Below are positions 54,145 to 64,000 of a stretch of 64,000 bases of DNA, in pieces. Source of the stretch: Octopus vulgaris (lineage: Eukaryota); NCBI GenBank assembly GCA_951406725.2, contig OX597818.1, forward strand, positions 130,572,001 through 130,636,000. Reading direction: 5' to 3'. The position numbers were made by a program, and so were the translations under genes. The notes under the pieces are model-generated. The model ran no database searches. It was given only the letters and a program-made list of their open reading frames with translations, and had not been told where the DNA came from. Every line of letters begins with the position of its first letter. Positions within the stretch are counted from its first letter, which is position 1.

Positions 54145-54720
54145 CACACACATATGCACACACAAGCGCACACACACACACACAGGGGCAGTTGGAGAGA
54201 TGGGGTAGGAGAAAATATGTCTCTGAGATCCACTGTTTCATTGTATCTCTCTTTCTCTCTCTCTCTCTCTCTGTTTCATCTTTATCTTTACATCTCACAG
54301 CCATGTGTCATATAGTTTTTTTTTACTAAATAATAGAATAACTACAAAATTCAAACACATTCTGTTCTTTCTATTAAGCCTATCTATTATTTTTGTTTAT
54401 CTTATCTTTTCGAAATTAAATTCCTTCTTTCTTTCTTTACCTTTCCCACTTTTTTTTTTTGTTTGTTTCATTTTTTTTTTGTTTGCTTCTTTCTTTTATA
54501 TTTCTGTAAGTCTGTGTGACTTTTTCAGTGAGTTTTAGTTTGTTGGTATTTAGACTTAGTTCTGCCTGGCACAGCTGTCTTGGACCAAATTCAAAGAATT
54601 CCATGATACCAAATCTTTTTAAAAATTGCCGTAAAGTTTCCAGAGAATTAGCAAGAATTACATACACATATTCGGATTCATACACTGCTTATAAATACTC
54701 AAACACACACACAGACACAT

Positions 54721-54751
<31 letters not shown>

Positions 54752-54759
54752 CACACACA

Positions 54760-54798
<39 letters not shown>

Positions 54799-55337
54799 AC
54801 ACACACACACACAAACACATACACACCCACACATATAGTTTGCTCACATACACACTGTCATGCATGACAAGCGCATGCACACACCACAAATATAACTTAA
54901 ATACACACACACACATGTAGTTTGCTCACATACACACTGTCACACATGAAAAACACATGTACATACACACACATACACACAACACACCACACACACTACA
55001 CATACAACACAAACACCGCTTAAATACACACACACAAACACACACTTGCAGTCTGCTCACATGCACACTGTCATACACCACACACGCATGCATGCACTCA
55101 CACACACAAACATGCACTCCACATGCACAATTACACATACATCACACACATACAACCATACATCGCATACATGTGTCTCCACAAACATAATACTAGATAT
55201 ACATATCACATACACACACCAAACTTATGCCCACAACACAAACACACACACACACAACCTATACACACCATACACAGATACACACCACATTTGTAAACAC
55301 AAATACATGCCTACACTAGATATATACACACACATAT

Positions 55338-55745
55338 AGGCGCAGGAGTGGCTGTGTGGTAAGTAGCTTGCTTACCAACCACATGGTTCCGGGTTCAGTC
55401 CCACTGCGTGGCATCTTGGGCAAGTGTCTTCTGCTATAGCCCCGGGCCGACCAATGCCTTGTGAGTGGATTTGGTAGACGGAAACTGAAAGAAGCCTGTC
55501 GTATATATGTATATATATGTATGTGTGTGTGTTTGTGTGTGTGTGTTTGTCCCCGTAGCATTGCTTGACAACCGATGCAGGTGTGTTTACGTCCCCGTCA
55601 CTTAGCGGTTCGGCAAAAGAGACCGATAGAATAAGTACTGGGCTTACAAAGAATAAGTTCCGGGGTCGATTTGCTCGGCTAAAGGTGGTGCTCCAGCATG
55701 GCCGCAGTCAAATGACTGAAACAAGTAAAAGAGTAAAAAAAGAGA
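55338..55745 (+). mobile_element. SINE family A, full length
   Basis: Family match. Confidence 0.95.
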
Positions 55746-56247
55746 GTACACAACATGCTTATGAAGCACACACATATGTAAACATGTACACAACACGCAC
55801 ATACATACACGTACATGCTCACACATACATACAATACACAAGTAGACACCACAAGTGCACACAATATACATATGCACACCATAGTGCACACATGCATCAT
55901 AAACACACACAAACACTCAGTTTACAGCTGCCCTCAATAACAACATATTTTAATGTAACATCAACCTCCAATAATCACTGATATTCTGCAAAATTCAAGT
56001 GAGATCCTTAATTGAATATTATTCTCACACCTGGGTAGGTGCAGTAACTGCATAAGCAGTCACCAAAGACTGCATCTAAAAACAGGCTATCTGACTGATT
56101 GGCCCGAAGTCACTCACAGACGTACCCCAGCTTTTGACCAGCAAACATGTAGTCTCTTCGCTCTGTTTTTTCTACTATTATTATAATGGTCTCTGCTGCT
56201 TGGAGTTTTGGAGGTGTGTGGCTTAGTGGTTAGGGTGTTGGTATGAT

Positions 56248-56481
56248 TAAGGCGGCGAGCTGGCAGAAACGTTAGCACGCCGGGCGAAATGCTTAGCGGT
56301 ATTTCGTCTGCCGTTACGTTGTGAGTTCAAATTCCGCCAAGGTCGACTTTGTCTTTCATCCTTTCGGGGTCGATAAATTAAGTACCAGTTACGCACTGGG
56401 GTCGATGTAATCGACTTAATACCTATGTCTGTCCTTGTTTGTCCCCTCTGTGTTTAACCCCTTGTGGGTAATAAAGAAATA
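56248..56481 (+). mobile_element. SINE B nested in the tRNA head of a C-like SINE (56211-56705)
   Basis: 20-bp TSD ggttagggtgttggtatgat at 56228-56247 and 56482-56501. Confidence 0.92.
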
Positions 56482-56759
56482 GGTTAGGGTGTTGGTATGA
56501 TGATCATAAGACTGTGGTTTCGATTCCTGGACTGGGCGACGTGTTGTGTTCTTGAGCAAAACACTTCATTTCATGTTGCTTCAGTCCACTCAGCTGACAG
56601 AAATGAATAATACTGTGACAGATTGGCGTCCCATCCGGGTGAGGAATATATAAGCCATGGAAACTGGGAAACCAGCTCTTATGAGTCAGCATGAGCTGAG
56701 AAGGTAACTTTATTTTTTTTTTCTTACTTTGGAGTTGACAAGGATCACATCACTTTCAC

Positions 56760-56960
56760 TCAAGCATTTCCAACCCTTTTCTGCTTCCTTCATTCATCAT
56801 CCTTCTTATGTCCAACCCAACAGGCTTTACACAAATCACTATACCCAGTCTTTCCTTCCAAGGATGTCAGCTCTCTGGAATAATGTCTTTCCAGCCGGCG
56901 TTGACTCAACAAAGGGCCAAGAGGATCATTTAATGGCATCAATCACAGCAAACTAGGAGA
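56760..56960 (+). mobile_element. CR1/L2-group LINE C-terminal remnant
   Basis: HYTQSFLPRMSALWNNVFP resembles the SFFPRT..LWN.LP terminal motif. Confidence 0.55.
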
Positions 56961-57384
56961 ACATGTGAAGGTCTGAATAATATAGGTGCAGTCAAATTTA
57001 TAGAGGAAGAACATTATTAGATTGTGTGACATTAATGCCTTTCCATAGCAATTACCAGTTTGATATGAAGTGAATTGTCTTCAAATAAGATTTACTTTAC
57101 AAATGAAAACTCAGAAATTGTTGCATCAACATAGGTGCCTTTATATAATTGTTTCTGTACAGAGGTACCGATGGAGTAATGAGAAGACATATCACTCTCT
57201 CAAGTCACTAACCCTTAGCTAGTGTTAGGGCCTTCTTAAGAGTATTATAGGCCCCTGAGTAAATCAATGTACTGAGCCCTATATTATTTATTCATTGATA
57301 GCAAACCGTGGCATATATAGATCTGAATTGTGCCCTTAGACCCATGAGACCCCTGGATAACTGCACAGTGTACTCATGCCTTAA

Positions 57385-57880
57385 CCCTTTTGTTACCATA
57401 TTTCTTTTGAGATGCTCTGTGTTTCTTTCAATTAATTCTAAATCATCATCATCATCATCATCGTTTAGCGTCCGTTTTCCATGCTAGCATGGGTTGGACA
57501 GTTCTACTGGGGTCTGTGAAGCCAGAAGGCTTCATCAGGCCCAGTCAAATCTGGCAGTGTTTCTACGGCTGGATGCCCTTCCTAACGCCAACCACTCCAT
57601 GAGTGTAGTGGGTGCTTTTTACGTGCCACCCGCACTGGTGCCAGACAGAGCTGGCAAACGGCCACGAACGGATGGTGCTTTTTATGTGCCACCGGCACGA
57701 GGGCCAGGCGAGGCTGGCAACAAAGAATTTAGTAAAATAACTTTGTTATCATTAAGCTAGTGTTAGGGGACATAAATTGTGACTAAGGTTTGGTGGAAGA
57801 TTTTAATTCAAAACTTATGAAAACAAGACATTTGTACTCAGAGCCAGAGCCGGTTTCAGCCGGGTTTGGTATCAAAAGGG
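57385..57880. mobile_element. piggyBac-type MITE family 1 containing a family E SINE (57444-57720)
   Basis: TTAA-cccttttg ... caaaaggg-TTAA; body matches 53457-53677. Confidence 0.88.
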
Positions 57881-58210
57881 TTAAGATCGATCTGCCCAGT
57901 GAGGCATCCAAGATGTGACAGCTGAAAGAAGACAGGATTGCATTAACACCCAACTGCTATTCATTATAAATCACAGATGCCACACACCACCTAATCCATG
58001 AATTAAACCCACAACCTAAAAGTAGAAGCTGGACACCCAGTGTTCTAATACCTTAAGATGGCACTGCCCAGTGGGGCAGCCAAGATGTGAGAGCTGAAGG
58101 AAGACAGGGGTTGCATTAACACCCAGTTGATATTCATTGTAACTCCTAGATGCAATGCATCACCTTATCCATGAATTAAACCCACAACCTAACTGTAGGA
58201 GCTGAACACA
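57881..58210. repeat. Diverged ~172 bp tandem duplication
   Basis: atccatgaattaaacccacaacctaa occurs twice. Confidence 0.85.
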
Positions 58211-59296
58211 TTAATCATGAAGCAACATGCCTTCACATGTATGAGTTGAACTCAAGATATAAATTTACAAATGTGAATTTCATGAAGTATTCAGTTTGAT
58301 AATTCTAGTGTCTCTAGAAACCAATTTCTAATAAATTGATATATGTTATGTTAACTTCTGCTACAACACACAATCCTCTTATTGGACTTGGGAAAGGAGC
58401 AGGAGAAGGAAAGACAGCCAATGTATTCTTGTAATTACAGCATCGTGATATAATTTCCATTTCAGAGGAACTCCTATAATACAATGCATTATGGGAAATT
58501 ACATTTTTTTTTTTTTTCAAAGTTGTATTTTTACTAACTTGAAGTATTACAAGATGTAAAAAGACACTTTATCAAAAGATAACTTGACTTCTGAATAGTC
58601 ATGTGATTATTAGAACCAATCAATGTTTCACAAAGTCTTATCAACTGGAACTAGAGAAAAAAAAAAAGAAAGAAATGAACAAAGATACATGAGAAAATAA
58701 CATCAAATGCTAAAAAAAATCTAATGACAAGCTAGTATTGAATTTGATAAAAGTCAGTTGATCATTGATCACTTAAAGTGTTCTAAGACACAAAGGGTTA
58801 ATTAATTAATAAGGATAAATGTTTGATGAAAGTTCTTTCTTTCTATAATTTTATTTGATTAAGCTTATTTAAAAGAAAAAGAAAAATAACCCCAGAAATG
58901 ATAATATTTAAAAAGAAAAATGTAATCCTTGTTCTTCAAATTGTTCTGAAGTACTTTATATCTTGGAGTAGTCTTCAGTGAACGAATGCAACCAATAATT
59001 TTTCAGATTTTACAAGATTGACTATTGCAGTTCTTTCTTTTAGCTCAGTATCCTTAGAAAAGCTCTCTGAAGATGCAGAAACTTCAAAACAGTTTTCTGT
59101 TTTTTGTCAGTATTATTACAAAGATTGTGAGTACAGACAGTCAAGTCAATAGGGTATCAGACAACTAGATGAGATGAGATGTGTGTGTATGTGTGTGTGT
59201 GTGTGTAGCCAATTGTTGATTACCTCCCCTCTCGGTGACATAACATTATGTCCTTAGTAAAACACTTAGCTCTCAATGACTAAGCCCATTTAACCT

Positions 59297-59690
59297 TAAA
59301 CCTTTAGCATTTTATGGCAGGATGCTCTTCCTAAAGCCAACCACCCCACAGAGTGGACTGAATGCTCTTTGCCTGGCACCAGCACAGGTGAGGTCAGTTT
59401 TAGCATGGCTTTTACAGCAGGATGCCCTTCCAAATGCCAACCACTTTACACCGTGTACTGGATGCATTTTACATGGCACAAGCACTGTATCTGGCCAAAA
59501 TATTCTACCAGCTTTGTGTTAAAACCAACCAGATCCAGGCTCTCACACCTACCATATAATGTCATTCTAAAAGAAAACAATCATGTCACTGAAATCTTAA
59601 AGCTTTGAGATAATGCAAGATAAATTCAAAGCAAAATGGATAAATAAGCATTATGTTCAAACAGAATAACCTGAAAACTTAAAGGGTTTA
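59297..59690. mobile_element. Decayed piggyBac-type MITE, family 2, with an insert at 59313-59485
   Basis: ttaaacctttagcatt ... ttaaagggttta. Confidence 0.6.
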
Positions 59691-59877
59691 ACAGGTATTA
59701 CAGGGAGATGTATTTTGCTACTGTATGCAGTAGTAACACTGAGAGATTAACAGGTTATTTGTTAGGTTGTAGGTCTGAATTCGATATTTGTAAGGTAAAA
59801 GCTACTTGCAATACACCAGCAACCCACTTAGTGCTTATAGATACTGGAATAAGGAAATAAATAGAAATAAATCCTAA

Positions 59878-60040
59878 ATGCGTAGGAGTGGCTGTGTGGT
59901 AAGTAGCTTGCTTACGAACCACATGGTTCCGGGTTCAGTCCCACAGCGTGGCACCTTGGGCAAGTGTCTTCTGCTATAGCCTCGGGCTGACCAATGCCTT
60001 GTGAGTGGATTTGGTAGACGGAAACTGAAAGAAGCCCGTC

Positions 60041-60108
<68 letters not shown>

Positions 60109-60331
60109 ATATGTTTGTGTATCTGTGTTTGTTCCCCCAACATCGCTTGACAACCGATGCTGGTGTGTTTACGTCCCCTTAACTTAGCAGTTCGGCAAAA
60201 GAGACCGATAGAATAAGTACTAGGCTTACAAAGAATAAGTCCTGGGGTCGATTTGCTCGACTAAAGGCGGTGCTCCAGCATGGCCACAGTCAAATGACTG
60301 AAACAAATAAAAGAGTAAAACAGTAAAAGAG
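59878..60331 (+). mobile_element. SINE family A, full length
   Basis: Family match. Confidence 0.93.
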
Positions 60332-60449
60332 TCGAAAAACAAAAACAAAAAAAAAGATTAACTCATCAAGCTATGATGATTCATAATCAAAAGAATTACT
60401 TCCTTCATATGTATTTCTTTTGATCCCTCCCAAAGGATCTTTGTCTTAA

Positions 60450-61502
60450 AGCATCCAGATAATGTTGTAAAGTGGTTGGCATTTGGAAGGATGTCCAACT
60501 CTAAGAACCATGCCAAAACTAACCTCACCTGTGGTAGTGCCACATAAAAAGCATCCAGTCCATAATGTAAAGTGATTACCAAATCTGACCTCACCTGTGG
60601 TTGTGCCATGTAAAATGCATCCAGTACATGGTGTAAAGTGGTTGACATTTAGAAGGGCATCCTGCTGTAAAAGCCATGCCAAAACTGACCTCACCTGTGC
60701 TGGTGCCACGTAAAAAGCATCCAGTCCATAATGTAAAGTGATTGGCATTTGGAAGGGTATTCAACTGTAAAAACTATACCAAATCTGATCTCACCTGTGC
60801 TTGTGCCATGTAAAATGCATCCAGTACATGGTGTAAAGTGGTTGACATTTAGAAGGGCATCCTGCTGTAAAAGCCATGCCAAAACTGACCTCACCTGTGC
60901 TGGTGCCACATAAAAAGCATCCAGTCCATAATGTAAAGTGATTGGCATTTGGAAAGGTATTCAACTGTAAAAACTATACCAAATCTGATCTCACCTGTGC
61001 TTGTGCCATGTAAAATGCATCCAGTACATGGTGTAAAGTGGTTGACATTTAGAAGGGCATCCTGCTGTAAAAGCCATGCCAAAACTGACCTCACCTGTGC
61101 TGGTGCCACGTAAAAAGCATCCAGTCCATAATGTAAAGTGATTGGCATTTGGAAGGGTATTCAACTGTAAAAACTATACCAAATCTGACCTCACCTGTGA
61201 TTGTGCCATGTAAAATGCATCCAGTACACGGTGTAAAGTGGTTGACATTTGGAAGGGCATCCTGCTGTAAAAGCCATGCTAAAACTGATCTCACCTGTGC
61301 TGGTGCCAGGTAAAAAGCATTCAGTCCACTCTGCGGGGTGGTTGGCATTAGGAAGAGCATCCTGCCATAAAATCTGTGCCAAAACAGATGCAGAAGTCTG
61401 GTGCAGCCTTCTGCCTGGCCAGCTCCTGTCAAACCATCTAACCCATGCCAGCAGAGAAGGTGGACATTAAATAATGATGATGATGATGATGATGATGATG
61501 AT
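60450..61502 (+). repeat. 100-bp monomer / 200-bp higher-order tandem array derived from family E, ending in the (ATG)n tail
   Basis: ccagtaca at 60621, 60821, 61021, 61221; ccagtccat at 60721, 60921, 61121. Confidence 0.93.
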
Positions 61503-61829
61503 ACGGTTCAGTTTATCTGACTGGTACCATTGCTTGTAGATTGAAATTGCAAGATCAATGTGTAATTATCTTGTGGTTTCTTTACTTTCAATACTGAATT
61601 GAAGTCTCCCTTAATCAGTGATAGAAGTTCTCACAGTACACCATGGATCTATCTAACCAGATCTATCACATTACATCACATCAAAGCAGGCTTTATGAAA
61701 TGAATGAAATAATGTGCTGAGCAAAAGTCTGCTAATTTATTATAGAAATAATGAGATGTGGAGAAGTGAAAATATATGACTGTGTAGTAAGTTTCACACA
61801 GATATTGGTCATGGGATAGAGATGTCAGA

Positions 61830-62110
61830 AGAGAGTTAAAGAGAATTGTTAGTAAGAAGCTTGAGAGAGCTGTTTGCAGGGAGTTTCAGAGATATGACGG
61901 TAGGGAGTTTGAGAGAGTTATTCATAAGGGTGTTTAGAGAGACATTAGTAGGGAACTTGAGAGAGAAGGAGAAAGGAGGAAAGAGAGAGAAACGTTGGTA
62001 AAAGAATTGAGAAAAGAATTGGAGAGAGCTACTGATAGGGGGCTTGGGAAAGATGTTGCTAAAGAGCTGGAGGGAGATGTTGTTAGAGAGCTGAGAAAGA
62101 GATAAGGGCA
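61830..62110. repeat. Degenerate ~24-bp purine-rich minisatellite, resuming at 63385-63520
   Basis: gagaga..tgttagtagggagctt-like units. Confidence 0.65.
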
Positions 62111-62144
62111 ACATATTTCAAAGAGATGTAAGGGGTAAGCTTAA

Positions 62145-62612
62145 CTTTTATCTTTTACTTGTATCAGTCATTAGACTGCGGTCATGCTGGAGCACAACCT
62201 TCAAGAATTTTTAGTTGAATGAATCAAACCCAGTACTTATTTAAAAACAAAAAAAACCTGGTACTTATTCTATTGGTCTCTTCTGCCAAACTGTTAAGCT
62301 GTGGCAGCGTGAACGAATCAACACGGTCAAGTGGTGTAGGGGTCAAACACAGACACAAAGACACATACACACACACACACGCATATATTATTTTACTCTT
62401 TTATTCTTTTACTTGTTTCAGTCTATTGAATGTGGCCATGCTGGAGCACCACTTTTTAGTTGAAGAAATCGACCCTTGGACTTATTCTTTGTAAGCCTGG
62501 TGCTTATTCTATCAGTCTCTTCTCCCAAACCACTAAGTTATGGGGATGTAAACACACCAACATTGGTTGTCAAGCGATGGTCGGTGGGACAAACACAGAG
62601 ATAAACAGACAC

Positions 62613-62709
<97 letters not shown>

Positions 62710-62890
62710 AGATGGGCTTCTCTCAGTTTTCAACTACCAAATCCACTCACAAGGCTTTGGTCAGCCAGAGGCTTTGGTCAGCCAGAGGCTTTGGTCAGCC
62801 AGAGGCTATAGGTGCCATGCAGTGGGACTGAACCTGGAACAATGCGGTTGGGAAGCAAGCTTCTCACCACATAGTCATGTTTGCACCTAA
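62145..62890 (-). mobile_element. SINE A-type cluster (two tails, one head)
   Basis: Reverse-complement family match; aggctttggtcagccag triplicated near 62751-62805. Confidence 0.85.
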
Positions 62891-62907
62891 ATACATATAT
62901 ATATATA

Positions 62908-62944
<37 letters not shown>

Positions 62945-63974
62945 TAGAAAATTACTATTTTTAAATCGCACAATGAGAGATATTCAGCAACAGTACTTTG
63001 GAGTAAAGATTGTTTGCTAACATAACATGGTAGTCCTGGTTTAGGATGAATGTTACTGTAATTTAGCCCCAGGAGTCATTGTCTCTAGCTGGCTGTATGA
63101 CACGATCTGTGTCCTTATATTTTCGAACAAGGGAATCTAGGACCCCTCCCCCCCACCATATATATATATATATATAACAAAAAGACAAAGAAATTATTTA
63201 AATGATTCGTTACAATTGTTTCTGAACCAACTCTGCTTATATATATGAATATGAGGGGCTTCTTTTCTGTTTCCTTCTACCAAATCCACTCACAAGACTT
63301 TGGCCAGTCGAGGCTATATTAGAAGACACTTGCCCAAGGTGCCATGCAGTGGGATTGAACCTGGGACCACACAACCATGCCTATGGAGATGTTATTAAGG
63401 AACTTCAGAGAAATATTGGTAGGTTTATTCAGTGAGATGTCAGTAAAGAATTTATGAGAGATGTTGGTTATGAGCTTTAGAGAGACACCAGTAAGTACAG
63501 TCAAAGAGAGAATTGCAGTAAGTTTTAGTAACTGGAAAGAATGATTAAAATATCGAACAAATGGTATATTTCAATAGCAAACATGCTAAAATTAATCAAA
63601 TTTTTAAAGTTCCAAATTTAGCTCTCAAAACAATGAAATTAATTAGATTAATCAGTTATACTTGTTGTTGATGTCAGTTTTGTTTAGCCCAAAGTCAATC
63701 TTGATAAAGCAGATCTATAATGAAAGGAGCTCCAACCATGACCTTCCTCTATACATAACACTACATTGCTGTCTTATATGACATCTGTCAACATTTCTAA
63801 GATGTGCATCAAAGTGAATAATTACGGTGAAGTATGTGTGTGTTAATGCATGTGTTTGCAAGTGTGCAGTATATCTTAAAGCATGAGCAAATTGGGCAGT
63901 TGTTCATGGACCTCACTTGTCTAGGGGCCTAACTCAAACCTGTGTATGCTATGACTTGCTGTCAATAAAATATA

Positions 63975-64000
63975 CAGGGGTTGGACAAAATAATGGAAAC
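63975..64000 (+). mobile_element. Probable Tc1-like terminal inverted repeat running off the window
   Basis: ta-caggggttggacaaaataatggaaac. Confidence 0.5.

Noticed and set aside
54437-54685. 82-aa minus-strand ORF
   Set aside because: No homology recognised; both ends are low-complexity
58975-59110. Open frame on the minus strand in AT-rich unique DNA
   Set aside because: Short, bounded by stops, no convincing splice sites or motif
60450-61330. CRISPR-like array
   Set aside because: No unique spacers, no cas genes, eukaryotic context; units are SINE-derived

Overview
Repeat-saturated eukaryotic non-coding DNA (large intron or intergenic), most likely from an octopod cephalopod; this is inferred from recognising the SINE families, not from a search. 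I recognise no host protein-coding gene, and nearly all listed ORFs are translations of microsatellites or SINEs. The window holds several SINE-type families (working labels A, B, C, E, F), R4/Dong-like LINE 3' ends in (TAA)n, RTE and CR1/L2-like remnants, decayed Tc1/mariner transposases, hAT, piggyBac and Tc2-like MITEs, and a clean non-autonomous Helitron. Most interesting: (1) several unrelated short non-coding elements, mostly in (TA)n tracts, with minimal type I hammerhead ribozyme motifs (one near intact at 1234-1322, two as fold-back palindromes), resembling Penelope pLTR/retrozyme-like elements; (2) SINE-B multimers sharing one junction position at two loci; (3) SINEs converting into tandem or higher-order satellites; (4) local inverted duplications. 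All coordinates and alignments were read by eye.
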